Below, piece after piece: positions 8,639-16,768 of a DNA stretch of 64,000 nucleotides. A program made the position numbers and the translations under genes. The notes under the pieces were generated by a model. The model was not told the DNA's origin. It worked only from the letters and a program-made list of their open reading frames with translations, and searched no databases. Every line of letters begins with the position of its first letter. Position 1 is the first letter of the stretch. Source of the stretch: an uncultured Candidatus Peribacteria bacterium (GTDB lineage Bacteria; Patescibacteriota; Gracilibacteria; Peribacterales; Peribacteraceae); NCBI GenBank assembly GCA_964641555.1, contig CAZXKA010000004.1, positions 30,886 through 94,885 on the forward strand, written 5' to 3'.

Positions 8639-8914
8639 ATGTCCAAGCAGGATTTGATCTCCCATATCGCCAACGCCGCCGGCATCACGAAGCGCGCGGC
8701 CGCCATGTCGCTCGAGGCGCTCACGAGCATGATCACGAAGGAACTGAAGAAGGGTAACTCGGTGACGGTCACGGGCTTCGGTACGTTCCGCGTCAGCAAG
8801 CGCGCCGCCCGCATGGGTGTGAACCCGCGCAACCCGAGCCAGAAGATCTCGATCCCCGCGATGAAGGTTCCGTCCTTCAAGGCCGGCAAGACGCTCAAGG
8901 ACGCGGTACGGTAA
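8639..8914 (+). CDS. hup: HU family DNA-binding protein
   Basis: 91 aa from ATG 8639: MSKQDLISHIA...VTVTGFGTFRVSKRAARMGVNPRNPSQKISIPAMKVPSFKAGKTLKDAV, classic HU/IHF signature. Confidence 0.95.
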   Translation: MSKQDLISHIANAAGITKRAAAMSLEALTSMITKELKKGNSVTVTGFGTFRVSKRAARMGVNPRNPSQKISIPAMKVPSFKAGKTLKDAVR

Positions 8915-8936
8915 TATTCAACGACGATATTTGTTG

Positions 8937-8975
8937 AAAGAAAGGCCTCCGTAAAAACGAGGTCTTTCTTTTTGT
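8937..8975 (+). terminator. intrinsic terminator after hup
   Basis: AAAGAAAGGCCTC (8937-8949) pairs with GAGGTCTTTCTTT (8959-8971) with one G-T pair. T-rich tail TTTTTGTTT. Confidence 0.6.
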
Positions 8976-8978
8976 TTG

Positions 8979-9041
8979 AAAGAAGCAGAAAGGAGAAAGC
9001 AGAGAGCAGAATCTGCTTCTACATTCTCCTTCTACATTCTG
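8979..9041. repeat. GCAGAA-repeat hairpin element, copy 1 (no cargo)
   Basis: GAAAGAAGCAGAAAGGAGAAAGCAGAGAGCAGAAT / ATCTGCTTCTACATTCTCCTTCTACATTCT. Shares the GAAGCAGA and TGTAGAAGCAGA blocks with copies at 30175, 33029/33470 and 57776. Confidence 0.6.
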
Positions 9042-9069
9042 GTACAGTGCCTCCGCTTTCCGATTCGCT

Positions 9070-9615
9070 ATGGATACTGCGTTCGTCCAACAGACCGTCA
9101 TTGAGCTGCTCGACCATGTAGGTCTGCAGCACGGCAACGTCGTCGCGCGCCAAGACGGCAACACCGTCCGCGTCGACATCGATTCGTCCGAAGCGAGCCG
9201 CATCATCGGCTGGCATGGCGAGACCTTGAACAGCATCCAGCACCTGGCGAAGTCGATCGTCCGCACGAAGGAAAAGCTCGTGACGTCGCCCTTGATCGTC
9301 CTCGACGTCGACCACTATCGCAGCGAGCAGGAAGACAAAGTGCGCCGCATCGCCGAGGCGAAGGCTGACCTCGTGCGCCGCACGGGCAACCGCATCGCGC
9401 TCTCGCCGATGTCCGCGTACTTCCGCCGCATCGTCCACACGCACGTGGCCGAATCCCCCGCGATGGCCGACCTCACGACCGAATCGATCGGCGAAGGCGA
9501 CTACCGCCAGATCGTGCTGCGGCTGAAGAACGAGAAGAAAGATGCGACCGCAAGCGGCGAGGAGCTCACTCCGGTCATTGCAGCGGATGATGGGTTGGAG
9601 AATTTGGATATCTGA
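9070..9615 (+). CDS. khpB: KH + R3H RNA-binding protein (Jag/KhpB family)
   Basis: 181 aa. KH-like VRVDIDSSEASRIIGWHGETLNSIQHL and R3H-like RIALSPMSAYFRRIVHTHV. Confidence 0.85.
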   Translation: MDTAFVQQTVIELLDHVGLQHGNVVARQDGNTVRVDIDSSEASRIIGWHGETLNSIQHLAKSIVRTKEKLVTSPLIVLDVDHYRSEQEDKVRRIAEAKADLVRRTGNRIALSPMSAYFRRIVHTHVAESPAMADLTTESIGEGDYRQIVLRLKNEKKDATASGEELTPVIAADDGLENLDI

Positions 9616-9622
9616 TCGTCGA

Positions 9623-9758
9623 ATACCTCTCCCCTAACCCCTCTCCTACTCGCCCGCACGCCTACCAGGAGAGGGGAACCGGATCTTGTTCTGCGTGGAA
9701 TCTCCCCTCTCCCGGCCGGGAGAATGGGTAGGTGGGAGAGGGGCCGGGGGAGAGGTAT
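9623..9758. repeat. CCTCTCCCC/GGGGAGAGG nested palindromic element (REP/MITE-like)
   Basis: Termini are ATACCTCTCCCCTAACCCCTCTCC and GGGAGAGGGGCCGGGGGAGAGGTAT. Inner inverted repeat is CAGGAGAGGGGAACC / GGAATCTCCCCTCTCCCGG. Fills the gap between convergent khpB and dnaJ. Confidence 0.6.
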
Positions 9759-9759
9759 A

Positions 9760-10902
9760 TCAGCCCCGCGCCTCCCTCCACTCCTCCAAAATCTTCCGCT
9801 CCTGTTTGCTGAGTTTCGTCGGAATCTCGACGCGGATGTCGGCGTAGTGATCGCCGTGGCGGCTGCGGCCGAGTTCCGGCAAGCCTTTGCCCTTGAGACG
9901 CAAGACTTGCCCCGGCTGTGTGCCGGCCGGGAGCGTGACAGTGGAAACGCCATGGAGCGTTTCGACCTCGATCTGCGCGCCGAGAATGGCATCGACGACG
10001 GAGACCGCCATGGTCGATTTCGTATCCGCACCCTCGCGTTCGAAGCGGGGATCGGGCCGCACGCGCACGGTGACGTACAGATCGCCGGCCGGTTGCCCGC
10101 GCAGCCCCGCGTCACCGTGGCCCTGTAACCGCAACTGCTGTCCGTCGTCGATGCCGGCGGGAATATCGACCGACACGGTATCCGTTTGCTGGGTGCGCCC
10201 TTCGCCTTTGCACGTCCCGCACGGCGTTTCGGGCACGGTCCCGCTGCCGTGACACGTGGGACATACGCCGCGTTGCTGGATCTGCCCGAAAATCGACTGC
10301 GTCACGCGCGTCGTTTGCCCCGTGCCGCCGCAGATCGTGCACGTCACCGTCTTCGCGCCCTTCGCCGCTCCGGAACCGTCGCACGTCGCGCATGAACGAA
10401 TGCGCGTGAGGCGCAGTTGCACGGTCTTCTTTTCCAATACATCACGCAGTTCGATCTCGACGGCGACGCTGCGATCCTGCCCCTGCGTCCTGCGCCGCCC
10501 GCCCCCGCGCCCGCCGCCGAAGAAGTTCTCGAACAAATCGCCGATGTCTCCCATATCGCCCATGTTCCCCTGGAATCCTTGGAATCCCGAGAAGTCGAAT
10601 CCGGCTCCACCGGGACCCGATTGTCCGCTCGTCCGCCCGAATTGATCGTACATGCGTTTTTTTTCCGGATCGCTCAACGTCTCGTACGCTTCGTTGATTT
10701 CCTTGAACTTCGATTCCGCGGCTTTATCACCCTTATGCTTATCCGGGTGCCATTCCTTGCTCATTTTTCGGTACGCCTTCTTGATGTCGTCTTGGGACGC
10801 ATTGCGATCGATGCCGAGAACGGCGTACACATCCTTCGCGATACGGCGCAGTGTACAACAAACCGGTCTCTGGCAACGAAAGGCGATGTATGGTATACTC
10901 AT
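9760..10902 (-). CDS. dnaJ: molecular chaperone DnaJ
   Basis: Last 380 aa of ORF 9760-11916. J domain KDVYAVLGIDRNASQDDIKKAYRKMSKEWHPDKHKGD, G/F region, four CxxCxGxG zinc motifs. ATG 10902 is the only canonical start upstream and gives a ~21-aa N-terminal extension, so the start is uncertain. Confidence 0.93.
   Translation of the reverse strand: MSIPYIAFRCQRPVCCTLRRIAKDVYAVLGIDRNASQDDIKKAYRKMSKEWHPDKHKGDKAAESKFKEINEAYETLSDPEKKRMYDQFGRTSGQSGPGGAGFDFSGFQGFQGNMGDMGDIGDLFENFFGGGRGGGRRRTQGQDRSVAVEIELRDVLEKKTVQLRLTRIRSCATCDGSGAAKGAKTVTCTICGGTGQTTRVTQSIFGQIQQRGVCPTCHGSGTVPETPCGTCKGEGRTQQTDTVSVDIPAGIDDGQQLRLQGHGDAGLRGQPAGDLYVTVRVRPDPRFEREGADTKSTMAVSVVDAILGAQIEVETLHGVSTVTLPAGTQPGQVLRLKGKGLPELGRSRHGDHYADIRVEIPTKLSKQERKILEEWREARG
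10894..10899 (+). promoter_or_regulatory. -10-like TATACT exactly 6 nt upstream of ATG 10906 (leaderless candidate)
   Basis: TGgTATACT-catgag-ATG, with an extended -10 TG present. Confidence 0.4.
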
Positions 10903-10905
10903 GAG

Positions 10906-11907
10906 ATGGCTTCGAGCGCCCTCCACCGCATCCGAAACGGCTTGAAAGCCCTGACGGCGACGCTGGGGATCGCGACGGTGGCGGTGCTCGTGCCGAGCTT
11001 CGTCCCGTCGAACGCCCCGACCCAGGCGCTCATCGCGCGGCAAAAATCGCACGACACGTGGATCCTTCTGGAGGAAGAACAATTGATGAGCGGCGCGACC
11101 GTGCCGCAGGACGTGAACGTCGTGTTCCACGTGCCACTGTCGGTCGGGAAGATCAGTCGCGAAATCCTCTTGGGTCAGCGCGGCGACGACGTGCGATACT
11201 GGGGATACTGCTATCCCGAAAACCAGGATCCCGCGATCGTCGAGCGGCGCACGGGTCTCAAGGGGTTGCTGTTCCTCTCCGAGAAAGAACGCGCGATCCG
11301 CGCACAGAACGCACGCAACGCGGCGCCGAAGTTCAGCCTGAGCAATTTGCCGACGAAGGATGATCTCATCCGGGCATCCGAGCGTCCGCAGACGGTTATT
11401 CGCCATCAGATCGATACGTTCAAGGGCGGGCAGCTTTGCTACATCATGAGCGAAGATCCGCTGCCGATCGGCGTGGATGACGACGGCGACCGTCTGAACG
11501 CGAAGCTGGAGAAGGATCTGGGCACCGACGAGCTGTTGGAAGATACCGATGCCGACGGCATCCTGGACGGCGTCGAAGTGCGCTTCGATACGGATCCGCT
11601 GGAACGCGATACCGACGTCGACGGCCTGATCGACGGCATCGAAGACGCGAACTGGAACGGCCTGATCGACGCGGGTGAAACGGACCCCCGCAGCAAGGAC
11701 TTCGACCGTGACGACCTGTGCGACGGTCAGTGCCGCAAGCGCCTCGCGAACGGACAGATCCTGTACGTCGGCGAAGACCGCAACCTGAACGGCGAAGTGG
11801 ACGAAGGCGAAACCGACCCGCGCAACGACGATACCGACGGCGACGGCGTCTTCGACCTGCAGGAATACCTCGTCTGTCTCACGCAGGGCAAACGCGCCTG
11901 CAAATGA
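10906..11907 (+). CDS. secreted protein with thrombospondin type-3-like calcium-binding repeats
   Basis: Start at MASSALHRIRNGLKALTATLGIATVAVLVPSF (signal/anchor). C-terminal Asp-rich repeats DTDADGILDG, DTDVDGLIDG, ETDPRSKDFDRDDLCDG, DDTDGDGVFD. Confidence 0.8.
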   Translation: MASSALHRIRNGLKALTATLGIATVAVLVPSFVPSNAPTQALIARQKSHDTWILLEEEQLMSGATVPQDVNVVFHVPLSVGKISREILLGQRGDDVRYWGYCYPENQDPAIVERRTGLKGLLFLSEKERAIRAQNARNAAPKFSLSNLPTKDDLIRASERPQTVIRHQIDTFKGGQLCYIMSEDPLPIGVDDDGDRLNAKLEKDLGTDELLEDTDADGILDGVEVRFDTDPLERDTDVDGLIDGIEDANWNGLIDAGETDPRSKDFDRDDLCDGQCRKRLANGQILYVGEDRNLNGEVDEGETDPRNDDTDGDGVFDLQEYLVCLTQGKRACK

Positions 11908-12458
11908 TTCCTCCACACGCTATGCGCATTCTCTTCTCGTTCCTGGCCCTCACGCTTTTCCTCCCTCTGCCGGCGGAGGCGTACCTGACGCCCGAGGAAG
12001 TGCTCGGCGAAAACGACTACGTGGCGCCTCCGCCGAACGCTCGCGGCGCCGCGGCCGCACGGGCGGCGCAGGAAGCGGAGTACGACGCACGGGAAGAAGC
12101 AGAAAGAGAAGCGGAAACAGAAACAACGGACGAAGACGATGAGCCGACGTCCGGCACGCTCGACGATCTGCACGGATCCGCGGAAGAGGAAGAAGTGATC
12201 GACTGGGAACAAAACGATGCCGGCGCGACCGCCGAGGAACGCCGCGATGAACGCATCCTCGATCGCATCGAACGCACGCGTTTGGAGCAACAGGGGCGAG
12301 ACACCGTGATCTTGCACGGATCCGCGTCCGATGAACCTCTGCACGGCGGAGCGCCGCTGGCCCCGACGGGTCCGGGGGCGGTCGTTCTGCTGATCGCCGG
12401 AACGCTCGCGATCGGCTTCACGCTGCGCTTGGCGCTGAAAGCGGCCATTCGTCTGTGA
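11904..12458 (+). CDS. small acidic membrane-anchored protein
   Basis: ATGA overlap with the preceding stop. Signal-like MRILFSFLALTLFLPLPAEA, Glu/Asp-rich middle, C-terminal TM GAVVLLIAGTLAIGFTLRLAL. Alternative start ATG 11922. Confidence 0.65.
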   Translation: MIPPHAMRILFSFLALTLFLPLPAEAYLTPEEVLGENDYVAPPPNARGAAAARAAQEAEYDAREEAEREAETETTDEDDEPTSGTLDDLHGSAEEEEVIDWEQNDAGATAEERRDERILDRIERTRLEQQGRDTVILHGSASDEPLHGGAPLAPTGPGAVVLLIAGTLAIGFTLRLALKAAIRL

Positions 12459-12490
12459 GAAAAAAGATCGTCGGCCGAGTGCCGCCCTGC

Positions 12491-12496
12491 TAGCGT
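12491..12496 (+). promoter_or_regulatory. -10-like TAGCGT 6 nt upstream of GTG 12503 (leaderless candidate)
   Basis: TAGCGT-gcgttc-GTG. Confidence 0.35.
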
Positions 12497-12502
12497 GCGT
12501 TC

Positions 12503-14179
12503 GTGACGCCGTTCTCGTTCACCGGCAAACGATGGAGTGAGCCCGCGATCGCCGATGCGGGCGATGCATCGGCGCTCATTGCACGTTTACGGAGCCGTCG
12601 CGCGATCGGTGAGGACGTCTGGGCATGGCGGGATCCGACGACGTATCCGATGGCGAACGTCGCGGTGGAGCGTGTGCGACGCGCGGCGACGAAAGGGGAG
12701 ACGGTCGGACTCATCGGCGACTACGACTGCGACGGACTCACGTCGTCCGCGATGCTCGTCCGATCGTTGCGACGATTGGGGATCGATCCGATCGTCCGGA
12801 TTCCGCATCGGTTGAACGAAGGCTACGGCGTGCAGATGACGCACATCGACGATCTGCACGCGCGCGGCGTCACGCTGCTCCTCACGACCGACACGGGCAT
12901 CGTGGCGGTCGATCAGTTTGCGCACGCGCGCGACCTCGGCATGGACGCGATCATCCTCGATCACCACGCGTTCGTCGATGTACCGCCGGCATTCGCCATT
13001 CTGCACCCGGCTCTCACGACGCTCTCCTCGGCGCCCGCCGCGGCGGGCATCGCCATCGCCTTCGCGCACGCGTTGCACGGCGACGACTGGCAGGACCGCG
13101 GCACGGACGTGGCGCTCGCGGCCATCGGCACCGTCGCCGACGTCGTGCCGCTCACGGGCGATAACCGGACGATCGTCCGCGAAGGGCTCCGCGCGTTCAC
13201 TGCGATGGGACCCGATACCCCGCTCGGGTATCTGCGCGACCGCAGCGGCATCAAAGGCATGCCCACCAGCACGGACATCGCCTTCCGCATCGCGCCGCGA
13301 CTGAACGCCGCCGGGAGACTGGGCGAAGCCGATATCGCTCTCCGCGCGCTCCTCGGTGATCTTGCATGCGTGGATCAATTGGAAGAGCTCAACGCCCGAC
13401 GGCAAGCGCTCACGCGATCCTGCATGGACGAGGCGCTGACATCCGTCAATCCATCGACCCTCCCCGCGTGCATCTGCGTCGCATCGGAGAACTTCCCCAA
13501 AGGCATCGTAGGACTCGTGGCCGGGAAACTCGCCGAAACGTACGGACGCCCCGCCGCCGCGATCGCCATCGAAAACGGCATGTGCACGGCGTCGCTGCGG
13601 GGGATCCCCGGTTACGACATCGCCGCGGGGCTGCGCGCGCACGCGGATCTCTTCACGACGTTCGGCGGTCATGCGCAGGCAGGAGGCTGCACCTTCACGC
13701 TCGCGCGTCTCCCCGCCGTCATGGACGCACTGGCACGGGACGTGACGCGAACGGTCGACGTGACGACGCTCCATCCCGTCTTGCACATCGACGCGCACAT
13801 CTCGCAGATACACGCTTCTCTCGCGTTCACCGACGGACTCGCGGCGCTCGAACCGTTCGGCAGCGCAAACCCCGAACCCGTCTTCCTGCTGCCGTCCGTC
13901 ACGCTCTCCGGAATACGCCGCGTGGGGAGCGATCAACGTCATCTGCAAGCGCGCGTCGGCGCCATCGGCGCCATCGGTTTCGGGCTCGGGCACCTCTCGG
14001 AATCGCTTGCGGGCACGGTGGATCTCGCCTGCCGGATCACGGCGAACGAATGGAACAGTACGCGCCGCCCCCAGCTCTCGCTGGTCGACCTCCGCCAAGC
14101 CGTTCAAACGGGAGCGAGCTTTCCTTCCATCTCGAACACCGCCATCACCGGCACGTTGAGAGCAGAGGCGATCTTGTAA
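12503..14179 (+). CDS. recJ: single-stranded-DNA-specific exonuclease RecJ
   Basis: 558 aa. DHH motifs GDYDCDGLTSSA, DTG, ILDHH. DHHA1 GGHAQAGG. Confidence 0.93.
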   Translation: MTPFSFTGKRWSEPAIADAGDASALIARLRSRRAIGEDVWAWRDPTTYPMANVAVERVRRAATKGETVGLIGDYDCDGLTSSAMLVRSLRRLGIDPIVRIPHRLNEGYGVQMTHIDDLHARGVTLLLTTDTGIVAVDQFAHARDLGMDAIILDHHAFVDVPPAFAILHPALTTLSSAPAAAGIAIAFAHALHGDDWQDRGTDVALAAIGTVADVVPLTGDNRTIVREGLRAFTAMGPDTPLGYLRDRSGIKGMPTSTDIAFRIAPRLNAAGRLGEADIALRALLGDLACVDQLEELNARRQALTRSCMDEALTSVNPSTLPACICVASENFPKGIVGLVAGKLAETYGRPAAAIAIENGMCTASLRGIPGYDIAAGLRAHADLFTTFGGHAQAGGCTFTLARLPAVMDALARDVTRTVDVTTLHPVLHIDAHISQIHASLAFTDGLAALEPFGSANPEPVFLLPSVTLSGIRRVGSDQRHLQARVGAIGAIGFGLGHLSESLAGTVDLACRITANEWNSTRRPQLSLVDLRQAVQTGASFPSISNTAITGTLRAEAIL

Positions 14180-14325
14180 GCGAGGAGAATCGACGGGTTC
14201 GATTGACCGCGCTCGATCGACATGATCGTTTGGCGCGAGACGCCGGTGCGCAGCGCCAACTCTTCCTGCGTCATGCCATGTTCAAACCGCAATCGGCGGA
14301 TGTGATTCTTCAGAGTGACGGACAT
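14104..14325 (-). CDS. XRE-family helix-turn-helix transcriptional regulator (73 aa)
   Basis: MSVTLKNHIRRLRFEHGMTQEELALRTGVSRQTIMSIERGQSNPSILLAYKIASALNVP, a canonical HTH_3. It is the 3' part of a spurious 434-aa ORF. Confidence 0.85.
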   Translation of the reverse strand: MSVTLKNHIRRLRFEHGMTQEELALRTGVSRQTIMSIERGQSNPSILLAYKIASALNVPVMAVFEMEGKLAPV

Positions 14326-14405
14326 AGAGGGCCCACATCTTACGGAGGGGCCCTTCCCATGCAAGCGTATTTTCCCGATGAAGCGGGTAAGAGTGGACGC
14401 GCGCG

Positions 14406-15809
14406 TTAAAAAGCGTCGTGTTTCTTTTTTTCCGTTCGCCAACCGACCGCGGCGGCACCCGCGACCCCCACCAGAGACAGCACGCCGATGACCGCGACCG
14501 CCGACGCAACGATCGCGATATCCCCGCGGAGCAGGTACCCGATGCCGACCGCGGATCCGCCCCAGAGCGCCGCCCCGGTCAACGCGGAGGCAAGGAACTT
14601 CGGCAGCGGCATGCGGAGCATCCCCGCCGCGAACGCGACCGTAGGCCGAAGGGCTCCCACGAATTGCCCGCCGATGACGGCCCAGCTCCCCGCACGGCGC
14701 ACGAATGCTTCGGCTTTCCTCTGCGCATCGTCCGGCAAGCGCAACGCACGCACCAGGGATGGCCCGGCGAACTGCCCGATGCAGTACAGCGTGACGTTGC
14801 CGATGATCGAACCGGCAACCGCGGCAAGCACGAAGATGAGCAGAGAGGGGGGATCGGGCGCGATGGACCCCGCGATCACGAGCGCCGTAACCCCGGGCGA
14901 CACGAAACTGAAGGGCGGGACCGTCTCGATGATCGCAAACGCGAACACTGCGACCGATCCGACGTTGCGCACGAGTTCTTGCGCATGCTCGGAATCCAGA
15001 TGCGTGCGCAGGCCCATGTCTTCGCCGATGAGAATCAACGCAAGCGGCACGAGGTACCACGCGAACCACGCGAAGCTGTTGCGACGGACGAACCGACGCA
15101 GGAAGGCGACCGCCGCGACGCTGACGCACAACGACGTCACGAACCCCGCGACGGACACGGTCAGCGACGGGAAGACGACGTCTCCCGTTCGCACGTCGAG
15201 ACCGGTCTTCGCGACGGCGCCGGCGAGGATGGGCACCGCCATGAGAAACGAGAAATCGAGCGCGGACGTGCGGTTGATCCCGAGCGCACGCCCCGTCGCG
15301 ACCGTCAGCCCCGATCGCGAGACACCCGGCAATACCGCTGCGGCTTGCGCGATGCCGATGAGCAACGCGTCGAATATGCCGATATCGGCCGTTCGATTCC
15401 GTCGCCACCTCCCGACGTATTCACCCATGAGGAGACATCCGGCGGTCACGAGAAATCCGACCGCCGCCGCCGACAACGTGCGCAGTTCTCCCGCCACGAG
15501 ATCTTGAAGAAACAATCCCGCGATGACGCCGGGAATCGTCGCGATGACGATGAACAAAGCGCTCTTCCATGCGGCGGCATCACGTGCAATGAGTCCGCGC
15601 AGAAGTTGAATCCACACGTCGCGGAAGCCGATGAGAATCGCGAGCAGACTGCCGCAGTGCAGCAGAATGTCGAATCCCAACGCGTCGCGCCCTTCGAGTC
15701 CTCCCGGCAAAAAATGGTCGGCGATCACCAAATGCCCGTCGCTCGAAATCGGCAAAAACTCCGTGATACCCTGTACGACGCCGAGGATGACGGCCTGCAA
15801 CACGTCCAT
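14406..15809 (-). CDS. uppP: undecaprenyl-diphosphate phosphatase (UppP/BacA) fused to a DedA/VTT-family membrane domain
   Basis: 467 aa. N-terminal ~262 aa match UppP (GITEFLPISSDGHL, PGVSRSGLTV, DFSFLMAVP). C-terminal ~200 aa carry DedA motifs (IETVPPFSFVSPGVTALVIAG; GQFVGALRPTVAFAAGMLRMPLPKF). Confidence 0.9.
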   Translation of the reverse strand: MDVLQAVILGVVQGITEFLPISSDGHLVIADHFLPGGLEGRDALGFDILLHCGSLLAILIGFRDVWIQLLRGLIARDAAAWKSALFIVIATIPGVIAGLFLQDLVAGELRTLSAAAVGFLVTAGCLLMGEYVGRWRRNRTADIGIFDALLIGIAQAAAVLPGVSRSGLTVATGRALGINRTSALDFSFLMAVPILAGAVAKTGLDVRTGDVVFPSLTVSVAGFVTSLCVSVAAVAFLRRFVRRNSFAWFAWYLVPLALILIGEDMGLRTHLDSEHAQELVRNVGSVAVFAFAIIETVPPFSFVSPGVTALVIAGSIAPDPPSLLIFVLAAVAGSIIGNVTLYCIGQFAGPSLVRALRLPDDAQRKAEAFVRRAGSWAVIGGQFVGALRPTVAFAAGMLRMPLPKFLASALTGAALWGGSAVGIGYLLRGDIAIVASAVAVIGVLSLVGVAGAAAVGWRTEKKKHDAF

Positions 15810-15933
15810 GAAATCGCAGTCTACTGTGACAAATCGTCAAAAGGAACGTGCCGTACCATCTCACAAGTGTGGAATACTTGCCACCCCTCATTTTTGCCGC
15901 GGGAAAGCCATCGGATGTACAGTTGAACAGAAA

Positions 15934-16365
15934 ATGTCTTCACAGTTCCCCTTCCACGGCATCTTCTCGGGTCTCGGGCAAGACGACCCCGAGCCGAGCC
16001 AGGCGACCGCGCGGAAGAGCGACCTTCCCCAGAGCGGCACGGGGCAAGTGGCGGTCGATATCTATGAGCTCGACAATTACTACATCATCCGCGCGCCGAT
16101 CGCGGGCGTGAAACTGTCGGATCTCGACATCGAGATCGCGGACAACCAACTCACGATCCGCGGCAACCGCCAACAGGGGGAACAGATTCCGAGCGACCAG
16201 TTCTACATCCAGGAGTGTTTCTGGGGACCCTTCTCGCGCACGGTCACGCTGCCGTTCGTCATCGATCCCAAAAAAATCCGCGCCACGTTCAACCGCGAGT
16301 GCATCTTAAAAATCCTGATTCCGAAAGAGGAGCGTGTGAAGATCGTAAGGATTAACGAAGGATAA
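15934..16365 (+). CDS. Hsp20/alpha-crystallin small heat-shock protein
   Basis: 143 aa from ATG 15934: VDIYELDNYYIIRAPIAGVKLSDLDIEIADNQLTIRG...FSRTVTLPFVIDPKKIRATFNRECILKILIPK. Confidence 0.92.
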   Translation: MSSQFPFHGIFSGLGQDDPEPSQATARKSDLPQSGTGQVAVDIYELDNYYIIRAPIAGVKLSDLDIEIADNQLTIRGNRQQGEQIPSDQFYIQECFWGPFSRTVTLPFVIDPKKIRATFNRECILKILIPKEERVKIVRINEG

Positions 16366-16381
16366 TAGGAAATAGCTTGGT

Positions 16382-16427
16382 TAGCTTCGTTAGGAATTTC
16401 TAATGAAGCTACTGCCTAACGAAGCTA
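16382..16427. terminator. 13-bp perfect inverted repeat between convergent genes
   Basis: TAGCTTCGTTAGG (16382-16394) / CCTAACGAAGCTA (16415-16427), 20-nt loop. Confidence 0.5.
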
Positions 16428-16435
16428 TCTCCTCA

Positions 16436-16678
16436 TCACGCCGCCAATCGATACAACGCCTCGTCCCGCGTCTGTTCTATCGTGTCCCGCACCGCGTCAT
16501 CGCCCGTGAGTGCAAAATCGGCGACGAGGATATAGCCCGTCAACGCAGAGAGGAGATTGTGCGCATCGCGACGGACCGTGGCCGTCCATCGCGGAATGTC
16601 GAGCAAGTTTTGGAGGGCGTGCGCATGCGTGAGCGCTCCGGCAACGAATTCGATCTCTTGCGTAAGCGAGCGGGACAT
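16436..16678 (-). CDS. hypothetical small protein (80 aa)
   Basis: GC3-rich frame with non-Arg-rich composition (MSRSLTQEIEFVAGALTHAHALQNLLDIPRW...). No SD or family recognised. Confidence 0.4.
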   Translation of the reverse strand: MSRSLTQEIEFVAGALTHAHALQNLLDIPRWTATVRRDAHNLLSALTGYILVADFALTGDDAVRDTIEQTRDEALYRLAA

Positions 16679-16756
16679 GGGGAGTGAGGAAGTGTGTATG
16701 AAAGGTTTCCGGCCATTATAGTCGTTTTCGTTTCTTGTGTCAAAACGGGCGATCGG

Positions 16757-16762
16757 TACAAT
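16757..16762 (+). promoter_or_regulatory. -10-like TACAAT 6 nt upstream of galU ATG (leaderless candidate)
   Basis: TACAAT-aggcga-ATG (16769). Confidence 0.45.
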
Positions 16763-16768
16763 AGGCGA

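Noticed and set aside
10903-11916. Upstream 338 codons of the 718-aa ORF 9760-11916, considered as a giant DnaJ fusion.
   Set aside because: Only the last 380 aa are DnaJ. The upstream part is compositionally odd (V/A/R/D/Q-rich, no motifs) and is antisense to the TSP3-repeat gene, which has a signal peptide and clear repeats.
14326-15408. Upstream part of the 434-aa minus ORF 14104-15408.
   Set aside because: It is Arg-rich and lies out of frame over the UppP-DedA gene. Only the terminal 73 aa form a recognisable XRE HTH protein with its own ATG.
16403-16687. 94-aa plus-strand ORF between hsp20 and galU.
   Set aside because: It is Arg-rich and begins inside the loop of the intergenic inverted repeat. 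The opposite-strand 80-aa ORF has better composition, though it too is listed with low confidence.
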